In this document: positions 1 through 9,539 of the stretch, piece by piece | Numbering within the stretch: position 1 is the stretch's first letter | How the letters are laid out: each line of letters opens with the position of its first letter | Source: a virus | Lineage: Duplodnaviria > Caudoviricetes | Direction: 5' to 3' (one strand) | Virus record (IMG/VR): IMGVR_UViG_3300011440_000004 | Coordinates: 1 to 56,485 of that record | DNA length: 56,485 bases | Translations under genes and position numbers: made by a program | The notes under the pieces: generated by a model | Told to the model about the DNA's origin: nothing | Seen by the model: only the letters and a program-made list of their open reading frames with translations | The model's database searches: none

Positions 1-26
1 GGCCCATGTCGTCGAGCACGATCACA
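1..26. repeat. Terminal direct repeat (left copy); circular contig overlap
   Basis: GGCCCATGTCGTCGAGCACGATCACA at 1-26 is identical to 56460-56485; a reading frame continues across the junction. Confidence 0.9.
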
Positions 27-61
27 AACGCGAGCATCGACGTCCAGGGGTCGGGAATGAT

Positions 62-631
62 CTACTGCCAGGTGCAAATGCCCCACACACCGCACAGAGC
101 ATCTCTCGATGATCGGACCGAGTTGGTGAGCTGGCCGAACCCGACGTCGTCGTGGACGCCGGTGCGGTGTTCGGTGCACGGCTTGTCGGCCTCGAAATAC
201 GTCCATCGGCGGGCGTTCCAACAGCCGGCCGACTCGGTGGCCATCACCCGGAACACGAACGTGGCGCGCGCTTCGATCGTGTCGTCGTCCCATCCGAACC
301 ACGCCGCGGCGATCCGGTAGGCCTCCATCGCCGGACCCATGTGGTGGCCGCGGTAGTCGAGACCGTTGACGTGGCCGACGTGGTCGAACACCGGTGGCTC
401 GGACACGGCGATCTGGACGGCGGCGCGCACCGCGGGCGTCGTGACCGTCGTCGACGCAGACAGCGCGGTCGGCATGTTCGCCACCACGAACGCCGTCGAC
501 GTCGGGGCCGGCGGCGCGGTGGCCGGGGCGCCTTGCGTGTTGACGTCGGCGCGCAGGTTGATGACGCCGAGCGCCATCAGCACGAGCACGATGATGAGCA
601 CGACGATGACGATGCGGGCGTTGCGGCTCAC
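62..631 (-). CDS. Membrane-anchored lytic transglycosylase (SLT/lysozyme-like) protein, interrupted by an in-frame TAG
   Basis: N-terminal TM (IVIVVLIIVLVLMALGVI), Pro/Thr/Ala linker, VMATESAGC (catalytic Glu-Ser) and DDVGFGQL motifs; GTG overlaps the upstream TGA; frame continues past TAG 62-64 to 56377. Confidence 0.6.
   Translation of the reverse strand: MSRNARIVIVVLIIVLVLMALGVINLRADVNTQGAPATAPPAPTSTAFVVANMPTALSASTTVTTPAVRAAVQIAVSEPPVFDHVGHVNGLDYRGHHMGPAMEAYRIAAAWFGWDDDTIEARATFVFRVMATESAGCWNARRWTYFEADKPCTEHRTGVHDDVGFGQLTNSVRSSRDALCGVWGICTWQ
440..484. repeat. 45-bp exact direct repeat, copy 1
   Basis: CGTGACCGTCGTCGACGCAGACAGCGCGGTCGGCATGTTCGCCAC is identical to 43414-43458. Confidence 0.9.
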
Positions 632-963
632 GGCGACACCGGTTCGTCTTGTTCGATGACCATGGCGCGCTCGGCGAGCCATGCGTCGGTGACTGCGTCG
701 AGGAACACGACGGCGGTGCGGGCGAGCCGGTCACGCGTCGAGAACAGCGCCTGGCGGCCGGTGCGCCGGGTGACGCGCGCCGCCAGGGCGTTCCAGAGTT
801 CGGCCTCGATGTCGAGCTCGGCGGTGGTCGGCAGCGCCGCGGGCGGACCCGCGGTGCCACCGGCGACGTGAGCGCTGAGCGGGCGACCGCACTGCTTGCA
901 CGGCGACAGCTGGAAGTCGGCGAGGACGCCGTCGTAATCGTGGTCGGTGACGTAGGTGGTCAC
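628..963 (-). CDS. Hypothetical protein with CxxC...H motif
   Basis: GTGA coupling at both ends; CKQCGRPLSAH. Confidence 0.65.
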   Translation of the reverse strand: MTTYVTDHDYDGVLADFQLSPCKQCGRPLSAHVAGGTAGPPAALPTTAELDIEAELWNALAARVTRRTGRQALFSTRDRLARTAVVFLDAVTDAWLAERAMVIEQDEPVSP

Positions 964-1241
964 GAGCCGAACATCCTGAGCACGCCTTGCGCCGCGGTCT
1001 CGAACGAGTCGCCGCGGGCGACATAGTGCATCGCCGCCCACGATCCCTCTCGGGTCTCGTCATAGTCGTCGACGCCGGATGCGCCGACCTCGTACTCGAA
1101 CGGTTGGGCGATGACCTCGTCGGTGTCGTCGTCGTACTCCGGGTCGCACGCCTCGATCGTGACGACCAGCCGGCGCGACTCTCGGTCCTCGGCGACCCAC
1201 GCCATCAGGGTGTCGACAGCGGTCGGTTCGGGGTTGGTCAT
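960..1241 (-). CDS. Hypothetical acidic protein
   Basis: AAGGAG RBS, ATGA overlap, GC3-rich codons. Confidence 0.7.
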   Translation of the reverse strand: MTNPEPTAVDTLMAWVAEDRESRRLVVTIEACDPEYDDDTDEVIAQPFEYEVGASGVDDYDETREGSWAAMHYVARGDSFETAAQGVLRMFGS

Positions 1242-1885
1242 GGTCGGGTTCTCCTTCTGTCGGGGCCGGTCAGTCGCACGACGACGGAGTCGTCGCCGGT
1301 CAGTCTCGACCACGCCCGGGGGCCGAGATGCGTGGCGAGCTCGTCGAGCGGCAGATTGGAGGTGATGACGGTCGGCAGCTCCGACAGCCAGCGCCGGTTG
1401 AGCACCGCGTACATCTGCTCGGCGGCCCACTCGGTGACGCGTTCGGTGCCGACGTCGTCGAGCACGAGCAGGTCGATCGACGACAACTCGACCGGTGACA
1501 GACCACCGTCGGGTCGCATCGACGACAGGGCCTCGACCATCGGCAGGAACATCACGGCGCGCCGGCCGTCGGTGATGAACGCCCGCGCCACCGCGAGCGC
1601 AAGGTACGTCTTGCCGGTGCCGACTGCGCCGAGCAGCGTGAGCGATCCGGTCGACCCGCCCACGACCCAATCCCTGACGGGTCGGGTGACGTCGGGGCCG
1701 TGGATGTCGCAGTGGCCGAGGTGGGCGTCGCGGAACCGGTCGGGTGCGCACGCACGCCAGCGGGTCTCGGCGACGGCGCGGGCCTGGTCGTGGCGCAGCC
1801 GGTCGGCGACGTCGAGATGGTCGATGTGGGTATCTGCCATACCGACCCACGGTACACAACCGGGGTTGACGACAGCAACGGTCAT
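1238..1885 (-). CDS. DnaC/IstB-like AAA+ helicase loader (alternative start at 1840, MADTH)
   Basis: Walker A GAVGTGKT, Walker B LLVLDDVG, TVITSNL and AWSRL motifs; directly follows the replication initiator. Confidence 0.85.
   Translation of the reverse strand: MTVAVVNPGCVPWVGMADTHIDHLDVADRLRHDQARAVAETRWRACAPDRFRDAHLGHCDIHGPDVTRPVRDWVVGGSTGSLTLLGAVGTGKTYLALAVARAFITDGRRAVMFLPMVEALSSMRPDGGLSPVELSSIDLLVLDDVGTERVTEWAAEQMYAVLNRRWLSELPTVITSNLPLDELATHLGPRAWSRLTGDDSVVVRLTGPDRRRTRP
1829..1878 (-). promoter_or_regulatory. MADT promoter/operator cassette, copy 1
   Basis: TTGCTG-tcgtc-AACCCCGGTT-gtg-TACCGT-8nt-ATGGCAGATACC. Confidence 0.75.
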
Positions 1886-2679
1886 GGCACCACGACGCCG
1901 CCGACGCCGGTGCGGTCGTCGTCCACCCGGCCGGGCGCGACGCGTGCCGGCCGGCCTCGGTCGGCGCGGCCGTCGAGGTGCGTCTCGATCTGCTGGCGGG
2001 TCAGCGTGCGCCCGGCCCGGTACATGTCGGCGAGGGTCTGTTTGACCGCGCCCGCGGTGTAGCCCGCCGCGATGAACGGTTCGACGAGCTTGGCGAGCGC
2101 CATGAACCCGATGCCGACAGGGACCTTGCCGGTCTGCTCGCGCACCCACTCCCAATAGTCGGTGGCGATGCGTCGAGCTTCATCGGCCGGCGTCGGCGCA
2201 GCCGGCGCATCTCCTTGTTGTTCTCCCACTGGAGCATCCTTAGATGCGGTCACCACGTGACCGGGGGCCTGGTCATGTCGTGACCGGGGCCCGGTCGTCA
2301 TGTGACCGGGGGCCTGGTCACCAGGTGACCGGGGTCGGCGTTCCCACACGTCGAAGTCGAACGTCACCCGCAGACGTTTCCCACCCTGCGATTGGGGCAC
2401 TTCGATGGTCTCGACGGCGACGATGCCGAGCTCGGCGAGAGCGGCGAGGGCGGTGGTGACCTTGCCGGCCGAGACGCCGGTGCGGCGTGCGATCGAGTTG
2501 CGGGTCACGTTGTCTTGGCAGTAGCCGTCGGCGTGCGATGCGAGCCAGCCGGCGATGCGCAACGCGTACGGGTCGATGGTCGTGTCCTCCCACCGCCAGT
2601 TCGGCACGACGGTGTGGCCACGTCGACCGCGGGAGATGATCCCGGACGGGCGTGGCGGGGTCGGTGAGCTAGCCTGCAC
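1882..2679 (-). CDS. Phage replication initiator (N-terminal wHTH, lambda O/DnaD-like organisation)
   Basis: GGAGG RBS before GTG; HTVVPN...TRNSIARRTGVSAGKVTTALAALAELGIV HTH; internal iterons; upstream of the DnaC-like gene. Confidence 0.75.
   Translation of the reverse strand: MQASSPTPPRPSGIISRGRRGHTVVPNWRWEDTTIDPYALRIAGWLASHADGYCQDNVTRNSIARRTGVSAGKVTTALAALAELGIVAVETIEVPQSQGGKRLRVTFDFDVWERRPRSPGDQAPGHMTTGPRSRHDQAPGHVVTASKDAPVGEQQGDAPAAPTPADEARRIATDYWEWVREQTGKVPVGIGFMALAKLVEPFIAAGYTAGAVKQTLADMYRAGRTLTRQQIETHLDGRADRGRPARVAPGRVDDDRTGVGGVVVP
2257..2334. repeat. Four iterons, probable replication origin
   Basis: GTGACCGGGG(GCCTGGTCA) at 2257, 2280, 2302 and 2325 (22-23 bp period) inside the initiator gene. 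Confidence 0.75.
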
Positions 2680-2760
2680 GTGACCTCCTGCATAGGTCGA
2701 TTGCCCTCGGTGCCGGTTCGTCGCCGGCACCGAGGGCGTTGTTCGTTCGGAGGCGGGAGA

Positions 2761-2982
2761 CTACACCTCGTCGACGGGCCGGCCGTGGAGCTGCCAGCAC
2801 GGGTGGGTCCCGCCGCCACGCAGACGTGTCGGGCTGAGCTGCACGAGACGGGTGATGACGAACTCGGCGCCGGCGCCGTCCGTCCACGTCTGCCCGGGCT
2901 CGCACCAGTCGCCCGGCGAGTGCGTGATGCACAACGCCCGGTCACGCGTCGGACGCCGGCGAGGGCGACGCCAGAACATCAC
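2761..2982 (-). CDS. Hypothetical protein
   Basis: GTGA overlap with the upstream stop; plausible codon usage. Confidence 0.55.
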   Translation of the reverse strand: MMFWRRPRRRPTRDRALCITHSPGDWCEPGQTWTDGAGAEFVITRLVQLSPTRLRGGGTHPCWQLHGRPVDEV

Positions 2983-4154
2983 GACCGCCCGTCGTCCGGT
3001 GGTGTCGTGGAATCGGCCGGATCGGGCGCCGTGGCCTCGCTGGGGGCGTCGTCGGCGGTGAGCCTGCCGATGCGCTCGTCGAGCCATTCCAGAGCGCCTG
3101 CGACCCTGTCAGTGGTCAATTCGGCCGGATGTGTCCACGCGTCGATGAACGCCCGCTTGAGACCACCACGCACCGCCTCGTCGGTGATGACCGAGAACCG
3201 TTCGGCGATCATCGCGACGGTCTCGGCGTCGACACGTTCCACACCCGAGTCGAGCCAGCCGGCGAACACCTGCGCCGGTTCGACCGACCGCCCGGAGGGG
3301 GCGACGATGTCGGCGATCAGATCGCACCGAGACTTCGACACGATCAGACGGTGTTCGAGGTCCATGTCGGCGACGACGGTGAACTCGTACTCGACGCCGG
3401 CGCGCTGCTCGGGGGCCATCCCAACCTTGGTCGGCACGCTGATCTTGCGACCGTTCTTGACCTCCTCGACGAGCACGTACTCCATCTTCGAGCGCATCGT
3501 CACGATCACGTGACACGGTGCGTGGATGATGGCGTCGAGCATGTCGCGCTGGGCCGGCGTGCCCTCTTTCCATCCGGTGAACGAGTTACCACGAGACGAG
3601 GCGTCGTCGACGATGTTGAGTGTGCCACCCTCGCCGGTCCAGAAATGCGTAAGCGAGTCGATGACGAGCACGCCGTCGGCGCCGAGCTCTCGACCGGCGG
3701 CTTGGATGAACTGGCGCAACGCCCGCGGATCGTACGGCGGCGGCCAGGGCAGGTGACCGAACTCGTACGGTGGGTCCCACCAGTTGAGCCGCTCGACCGC
3801 GACACCAGGCGTCGGCGCGTAGTAGGCGGCCGACCGGTTCTCGGTGTCGGCGAGACCGATGGCGCCGGTCGGGCCGGCGAGGATGCGCGCCCACTGCAAC
3901 GCGGTCCACGTCTTGCCTGATCCGGTCGGACCGTCGATGGCGACGCGGGCCTTGAGTTTCTCCTTGACCGCGGGGGCGAACAGCGACCGGGCGGTCGCCA
4001 TCGGCACGACCGGCGCGTCGGATGCTCCTGGAGGCGACGCGTCTTGTGCGGATCCACGTGACGCGTCGGGCTGAGCTGCGACCGACGGATCGTCGACCGG
4101 TAGCGGTGGTGCGTCGTCGGGGGTGTTCTCGACCGGGGCTCGGCGGGCGGTCAC
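2979..4154 (-). CDS. AAA-family ATPase (AAA_24/Sak4-like recombination protein); may start at 4001
   Basis: GPTGSGKT, DTENRSA, VLVIDSLTHFW, HVIVTMRSK and EYEFT motifs; adjacent to the Gam-like gene. Confidence 0.8.
   Translation of the reverse strand: MTARRAPVENTPDDAPPLPVDDPSVAAQPDASRGSAQDASPPGASDAPVVPMATARSLFAPAVKEKLKARVAIDGPTGSGKTWTALQWARILAGPTGAIGLADTENRSAAYYAPTPGVAVERLNWWDPPYEFGHLPWPPPYDPRALRQFIQAAGRELGADGVLVIDSLTHFWTGEGGTLNIVDDASSRGNSFTGWKEGTPAQRDMLDAIIHAPCHVIVTMRSKMEYVLVEEVKNGRKISVPTKVGMAPEQRAGVEYEFTVVADMDLEHRLIVSKSRCDLIADIVAPSGRSVEPAQVFAGWLDSGVERVDAETVAMIAERFSVITDEAVRGGLKRAFIDAWTHPAELTTDRVAGALEWLDERIGRLTADDAPSEATAPDPADSTTPPDDGRS
4012..4115. repeat. 24-bp-period GACGCGTC array A
   Basis: Units at 4012 GGCGCGTC, 4036 GACGCGTC, 4060 GACGCGTC, 4084 GACGGATC, 4108 GGTGCGTC. 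Confidence 0.65.
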
Positions 4155-4921
4155 AATGTCACCGCCTTGACGGGCTTGAGCGTGTTGGCGGTGATGCCAC
4201 CGGGGTCGACGGCGACGCCGGGCACGAGCTCGCCGTAGCCGAGCGTGATGACCGAGCGCGTGACGCGCTCGCCGTCGCACACACCGCACGTCTCGATCGT
4301 CTCGGACCCGTCCGACAGTTCGATGCCGGTGACCGAGCCGTCGCCGGCGCACTCCTCGCACACGGTCTCGTGGATGCGCACGAGACGACGCAGCTCAGAG
4401 ATGCGAGCCTCCTTGGTGACCTTGACGACGCCGGCGTCGGCGTACGTGACCGGTTCACCGTCGGGCACGTTGGCGGGGTCGTCGACGTCGGGCAGCAGTG
4501 TGCGTTCGGCCCACTCGATCAGAGCGGCGTCGTTCACGATGATGACCGACGGCTTGTGTTCGGTGGTCGGTGCAGCGCCGGACGGCAGGGTCAGCGTCTT
4601 GCGCTTCGGGTCACGCTCGCGGGCGGCGACGGCGTAGCGCTGCAGGTGCGCCGTGAAGAACGCGACGGTCCGCTTGGGTCCTTTGGTGGCGTCCTCTGAC
4701 CATCGGGTCAGCTGGTCGAGCCACAACAGGTACTGGTCGCGCACCGCGCCCATCTGCGTCTCGGCGGCGGCGACGTGGGCCATCGCCCACTCGGCGGCGT
4801 TGTCGTCGGTGATCGTCCACGACGGGCCACCCGATTCGAGCGGGCCGTTGGTCTCGATGAACTCGTCGACGTCAACGACGCCGTCGGTCCATGGCGGGAT
4901 AGCTGGTACGGGTTCGGGCAT
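4151..4921 (-). CDS. Mu Gam-like host-nuclease inhibitor / DNA end-binding protein with inserted zinc ribbon
   Basis: WTITDDNAAEWAM...FF...L..YA...KTLTLPSG pattern; CEECAGDG/CGVCDG; GAAAGG RBS. Confidence 0.7.
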   Translation of the reverse strand: MPEPVPAIPPWTDGVVDVDEFIETNGPLESGGPSWTITDDNAAEWAMAHVAAAETQMGAVRDQYLLWLDQLTRWSEDATKGPKRTVAFFTAHLQRYAVAARERDPKRKTLTLPSGAAPTTEHKPSVIIVNDAALIEWAERTLLPDVDDPANVPDGEPVTYADAGVVKVTKEARISELRRLVRIHETVCEECAGDGSVTGIELSDGSETIETCGVCDGERVTRSVITLGYGELVPGVAVDPGGITANTLKPVKAVTL

Positions 4922-4941
4922 GGGTCGACCTTTCGTCGGTG

Positions 4942-4988
4942 GGTATCTGCCACCACCGATCGTACCAAACCCCGGTTGCCGACAGCAA
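4942..4988 (-). promoter_or_regulatory. MADT cassette copy 2 (central box inverted, GTG instead of ATG, leadered gene downstream)
   Basis: TTGCTG-tcggc-AACCGGGGTT-tgg-TACGAT-cggtg-GTGGCAGATACC. Confidence 0.7.
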
Positions 4989-4991
4989 GGA

Positions 4992-5303
4992 TCAGGCGTG
5001 CCACGGCTCCGGTTCGACATCGCCGCGCCACTCGGCGGGCGTGTCCGAGCCGGCGCCCACCATCTCGGCGACACGATTGGCGATGACGGTCAGGCCCTGC
5101 GCCCGGTCGATCATGGCCACGAGCCGGCCCGTCGCGCCAGGTGGCCGGTCACGGTCGGCGGTCTCCGATGGCGAGACCTCGCCGTACAACGACTCGGCGG
5201 CGTGCGCCAGGGCGGCGCCGATGTGGCCGAGCAGCCGGTCGAGCTCGGTGAGACGGTCGTGCAAGGTCATCTGACGCGGGACGGCGTCGACGGATCGGTC
5301 CAT
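4992..5303 (-). CDS. Hypothetical protein
   Basis: GAGGA RBS, helical-looking ORF. Confidence 0.6.
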   Translation of the reverse strand: MDRSVDAVPRQMTLHDRLTELDRLLGHIGAALAHAAESLYGEVSPSETADRDRPPGATGRLVAMIDRAQGLTVIANRVAEMVGAGSDTPAEWRGDVEPEPWHA

Positions 5304-5444
5304 GGGTGCGGTGTCCTCTCGTGCGGGTGCGGCGATGGTATCGCGACGCCCGGACCCGGACCACGTCTGGCCTCGGGCCGGGCGTCCGCCACCGACCGGT
5401 TCGGTGCTCGCTGCGCTCGACGATAGACGTCGGGTGTGACAACA

Positions 5445-5489
5445 GCACGCCTCGGTTCCCGAACCCCTCAGGTCGAGAACCGGGCGTGC
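5445..5489 (-). terminator. Long stem-loop after the holin (probable terminator of the late operon)
   Basis: GCACGCCTCGGTTCCCGA ... TCGAGAACCGGGCGTGC imperfect inverted repeat. Confidence 0.55.
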
Positions 5490-5510
5490 CGCTCCGAGGG
5501 GGCCCGGAGG

Positions 5511-5969
5511 TTACGCCGCTGGGGGCAGCGTCGCCGACGTCGGTGCGAGCGACGCCGGCGTGATCGTCGCGGTGCGCATCCGCATCGCGACGAGACCCTT
5601 GACGAGTGCGAGACCGGCGATGGCTGCGGCGTGGACGGTCTGACGCCAGAATCCCATGTCGATGATGTCGAGCCACTCGACCGACGCCAGCGACCCGGCG
5701 ACGGCGACGACGAACGTCGACACGACGCGGTAGCCGAGGTCGGCCCACCGGTTCGTGATGAGCGGCACCCACGACGTGAGCCCGACCTTGATGACGTTCG
5801 CGGCGGCGATCACCAACGCGACGAGCAGCCCTCGATAGAACTCCTCGTCGATGATCGGCGTGGCCACGATGTAGACGGCGACGGCCTCGACGAGGGTGGT
5901 GCCGACACGTTCGACGAGGTCGACGATGAACTCTCGGGCGGTGAGCGGTGCGGTGGTCTCTGGCTCCAT
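5511..5969 (-). CDS. Holin-like multi-pass membrane protein
   Basis: About four hydrophobic segments with internal duplication (DLVERVGTT / DLGYRVVST); lies in the lysis cassette. Confidence 0.7.
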   Translation of the reverse strand: MEPETTAPLTAREFIVDLVERVGTTLVEAVAVYIVATPIIDEEFYRGLLVALVIAAANVIKVGLTSWVPLITNRWADLGYRVVSTFVVAVAGSLASVEWLDIIDMGFWRQTVHAAAIAGLALVKGLVAMRMRTATITPASLAPTSATLPPAA

Positions 5970-5981
5970 GCGGCGAGGCTA

Positions 5982-6503
5982 CTACGCCCGCCGCACCGCG
6001 GCATCCGACGCCTCGCCAGCGGCGTTGCCAGCGTCGACGGCGTCGGCCCGGTCATGCGCGGCGGCGAGGTTGGTGGCGACCGACGCGGCGGCGTCTGCGG
6101 CGTCGTCGACTTTGACGTTGACGCGGTCGAGCGAGTCGAGCAGGCGGGCGATCTGGACGCGGTCACCTTCGGCGAGCAGCCGGAACGCGGACGCCTCGGC
6201 GACGAGTGCGGCGATGGCGACACGGTTGGTCTCGGCGGCGGACGTGAGGGCGTCGACGACGTCGCGCAGCGTCGACCCGGAGTCGTTGCGGAACTGGGCG
6301 ATGATTTCGTCGAGCACCGCGAACGCGTCGGGTGTGTCGGCGAGCTCGTGGGTCAGGTCGCGCAGCACCGGGATCATCTTCTCGACGACCTCTTGGCCGT
6401 CGTGGACGAGCGTCGAGAACGGAATAACAGCCTTACGCCAGATGACACCGGCGGCCACCACCACGGCCGCGACCGTCAAGGTGATCTCTGCCCACGCATC
6501 CAT
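5982..6503 (-). CDS. Membrane-anchored helical protein (lysis cassette)
   Basis: N-terminal TM then amphipathic helices; QFRNDSGSTLRD motif; between endolysin and holin. Confidence 0.6.
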   Translation of the reverse strand: MDAWAEITLTVAAVVVAAGVIWRKAVIPFSTLVHDGQEVVEKMIPVLRDLTHELADTPDAFAVLDEIIAQFRNDSGSTLRDVVDALTSAAETNRVAIAALVAEASAFRLLAEGDRVQIARLLDSLDRVNVKVDDAADAAASVATNLAAAHDRADAVDAGNAAGEASDAAVRRA

Positions 6504-6536
6504 CGCCCCGCCTCCCCGCGTCGACCTTCGATCAGG

Positions 6537-7331
6537 TTACCGGTCCTGACGCTCCCGCCAGGCGTCCATCGCGGCGGTGGTGAGCGACGACGGTGGCTCG
6601 CCGACGATGCGGTGCCGCTCGATGAACCGCACCACCTCCAGCTCCTCGGTGAGCAGGATCGTGCCCGAGGCGGCGTCGTAGACGGGCAGCGCCTTGTCGA
6701 CGTACTCGCCGTCGAGACCTTGCAGTTCGAGACCGACCTCGCGCATCACCGTCCAGCGCGGGTCGCCTTGCGATTCGATCGAGGGGAAGTACACGAGGTT
6801 CTCGGACACGTCAACTCCTGGGATTGGGTCGGGCGGTGGCGGCAGCGGTGGCGGGAGACGATCGGCGACGCGCGTCGTGTTGTGGAACATGTCGAACGTC
6901 GTGACGAAGTGGAAGTAGTCGGCCCACGATTCTCCCATGCCGGCGCCGGCGCCGTTCTGCGTGCGCCACCATGCGCCGTGGGCGTCGGTCAGGGCCTCGG
7001 TGCGGCCGGCGCGCCAGATGCGGTCGCCGAGATAGTCGTGGATCGAGCAGACGCCGAGCTCGCGCGAGTGGTCAATGACCCACCGCGATATCTCCGGTCC
7101 GGCGCCGGCCGGGTAACGCCAGTCCCACGCCGCGCCCCACGAGTGCTCGGATTGGGTGACGCCCTGGCGGACGGTGCGGTCACCCTCGCAGCCGAGGTCC
7201 TGACCGCCGGGCCACCGGCCGACGATGTAGTCGCGCAACGCCCGCAGGTTCGGCGAGCACGCCTCGTACGGCGGCTGATCGAACGGCAGACCGGACCGGA
7301 CCCAATCAAAGAACTGCGGCTGCACCGTCAC
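6537..7331 (-). CDS. Endolysin, zinc peptidase (M15/LAS-like)
   Basis: SEHSWGAAWD and DYFHF metal-site motifs, Pro-rich linker; follows the tail genes. Confidence 0.65.
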   Translation of the reverse strand: MTVQPQFFDWVRSGLPFDQPPYEACSPNLRALRDYIVGRWPGGQDLGCEGDRTVRQGVTQSEHSWGAAWDWRYPAGAGPEISRWVIDHSRELGVCSIHDYLGDRIWRAGRTEALTDAHGAWWRTQNGAGAGMGESWADYFHFVTTFDMFHNTTRVADRLPPPLPPPPDPIPGVDVSENLVYFPSIESQGDPRWTVMREVGLELQGLDGEYVDKALPVYDAASGTILLTEELEVVRFIERHRIVGEPPSSLTTAAMDAWRERQDR

Positions 7332-7377
7332 GGCGTCGACGCTACACGCGAGACGTCACGGCGATCGCCGCACGACG

Positions 7378-9015
7378 TCAATCGAAGTAGTCGGTCCACG
7401 TGAAGATGTCGGCGGGTGTGGGTTCGCCGCGCAGCATCACGATGCCGACGATCTGCCAGCCGTTGCCCGGCAGGGCGAGCGCGTCGACAGCGGGGCGCAA
7501 CGCGATGCCGACCGCGACGAACGGCACCGTGCCGAGGTTGACGGTGACGTCGAACGTCGGGTCGGCGTCGGTGGTGCGTTCGATCGAGCGCCACTGCACC
7601 CGCGACTGGAGGCCGGCGCCGCCGAACCCGCCCTCGTTCTGGAACACCTCGACCCAGTCTTCGGTGACGTCGCCGGTGCCGGTCGAGTTGTCGTGGGCGA
7701 TGATCGACACGAACCGGGCACGGTCCGACACCGCCGTCGGCAGCTGATGCACGATGTCGGCGGGGGCGGTGACGTCGCCGGATTGGGTGTTCGCCGCGGC
7801 GTCCATCGCGGTTGTGTCGTCGACGCCGCGCCACACGGCCGCGGTGTAGATGGCGTAACGCTCCGACCCGCCGGTCGCGCTCACCCACGACGCCGGCACC
7901 GAGATGGGAGGGAGCGCCTCGCCGGCGCCGAGACGTTTGCCCCACACGGCGAGCCCGACATCGACGGCGCCGTGCTCGTTGAACACCGACCCGAGCAGCG
8001 TGAACCCCGACGGCGTCGCCGGCACGGTGGTGTCGGTGGGGCGGCCCGACAGGGCGATGATGGCGTAGTCGTCGGCGAGCGCGGTGAACGTCGAGTCGTC
8101 GACGGACAGGTTGCCCGAGACGTTGGCCTGGACGGCGAGCGGGGCGCAGACCGTTTGGACGGCGAACGGCTCGTGCGCGCGCGGCGACAACACGTTGACC
8201 GTGCCGAACGACGTGGGCCACTCGGTGTCGAGCAGCGCTCCGTCGCCGAAGACAGGGTCGTCGCTGGCCACCGCGTGATGGCGGCCGAGCAACTCCGAGA
8301 AGTAGGTGAGGCCGCCGTGCGCGGCGTCGATGGTGAGCGTGGCGAGACCGGCCGAGTCGGTGAGCGGCTTGTCGTAGTGCGCTACGAGCGACGCGATCGC
8401 AGGTAGGCCGTTGTGTCGCAGAGCCGAGAACACCGTGGTGGCGACGAGCCGCGCCCGGACGTTGAGCGAACCAAAGAACCATCGAAAGAACCGGTTGTTG
8501 GGGTTGGCCATGCCGCCACCCTCGGGCTCGTCGGTGAGGGCGCCACTGTTGATCCGGGCTTGGATGTCGACGAACAGATCGGGCCGGCCGCCACCGGTGC
8601 CTTCGGCGAGGGACAGCCGGAAGTGCGATGAGTCGTCGAACGTGCCGAGCTCGTCGCCGGGATTGAACACGCCGGGCGTGCCGAACAGCTCACCCTCGAC
8701 GTACGGGTGTTGCCCGAAGTACACCATGATCGTCATGGGCGACGCGCTGAGCGTGCCGCCGAGGTCGGCCCATCCGAGACCGAGCGCACCGGTGACGTCG
8801 GCGAGCTCGGCCTCGTACGCCCACCCATCCCAGTAGAACACGACGTCGCCCTGGCCGACCGGCGACGCCAGAGCGCGGGTGATGGCCAGGTCCCACCCGG
8901 AGCCGGCCGACCCCTCGTTCGCGATGACCGAGGCGACACCATCCCAGTTGCGGGTGTCGTAGAGCAGAACGGGCGGGTCGACGATCGGCTGCGGCGGCTG
9001 GCGACTGTTGGGCAT
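7378..9015 (-). CDS. Minor tail / receptor-binding protein
   Basis: TGATG coupling, beta-rich composition, position after the tape measure. Confidence 0.65.
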   Translation of the reverse strand: MPNSRQPPQPIVDPPVLLYDTRNWDGVASVIANEGSAGSGWDLAITRALASPVGQGDVVFYWDGWAYEAELADVTGALGLGWADLGGTLSASPMTIMVYFGQHPYVEGELFGTPGVFNPGDELGTFDDSSHFRLSLAEGTGGGRPDLFVDIQARINSGALTDEPEGGGMANPNNRFFRWFFGSLNVRARLVATTVFSALRHNGLPAIASLVAHYDKPLTDSAGLATLTIDAAHGGLTYFSELLGRHHAVASDDPVFGDGALLDTEWPTSFGTVNVLSPRAHEPFAVQTVCAPLAVQANVSGNLSVDDSTFTALADDYAIIALSGRPTDTTVPATPSGFTLLGSVFNEHGAVDVGLAVWGKRLGAGEALPPISVPASWVSATGGSERYAIYTAAVWRGVDDTTAMDAAANTQSGDVTAPADIVHQLPTAVSDRARFVSIIAHDNSTGTGDVTEDWVEVFQNEGGFGGAGLQSRVQWRSIERTTDADPTFDVTVNLGTVPFVAVGIALRPAVDALALPGNGWQIVGIVMLRGEPTPADIFTWTDYFD

Positions 9016-9539
9016 CAGGGGCGAAGAGCGATGTGCAGGCCGTGGGCGGCGCCGGTGTCGATGTTGGTGATGTTGATGTTGAGCAGGTCGTCGAGGACGC
9101 TGGAGAACGACGGCGTCAGCGTGATTACTTGCAGCTGCGTCGCGGCGCACGTGATGGTGTCGACGGTCGTGCCGTTCTCGGTGATGTTGAACACGATGGC
9201 GGCCGACGCCTGCGTCATCACGACGACGACTTCGGTGAACGTCTCGGGGCCGTCGAGCGGCCACGCGACGAACAGGCCGGTGGCGTTGACGAGCCCGGGC
9301 CAGTCCCATCGGGGCAGATCAATCCCACCGCCACCGCTCGGCGGGTTCGGGAAGTCGATCGCGGTCGGGGCGTGGATCGGGTTGTACGGCACCACCGGCA
9401 CCGACGACGGCACCGACGCACCGTTACCGGACGCCGAGACCGGCACCGACCCGGGGACGCCGCCCATGACGCCGGCCGACAGTGTGCGCAACCGTTCGGT
9501 GTCACGAGGGCGCAGCGCGGGCCGGCGACGCTCGGTCAT
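9015..9539 (-). CDS. Minor tail protein
   Basis: Position and coupling. Confidence 0.6.
   Translation of the reverse strand: MTERRRPALRPRDTERLRTLSAGVMGGVPGSVPVSASGNGASVPSSVPVVPYNPIHAPTAIDFPNPPSGGGGIDLPRWDWPGLVNATGLFVAWPLDGPETFTEVVVVMTQASAAIVFNITENGTTVDTITCAATQLQVITLTPSFSSVLDDLLNINITNIDTGAAHGLHIALRP

Noticed and set aside
62-64. Genome-wide TAG recoding
   Set aside because: Single case; TAG ends other genes normally (e.g. 2761, 5982, 15648) and no suppressor tRNA is seen
4708-4953. A VADTH-starting gene from cassette copy 2
   Set aside because: Out of frame with and overlapping the Gam-like gene; low-complexity translation
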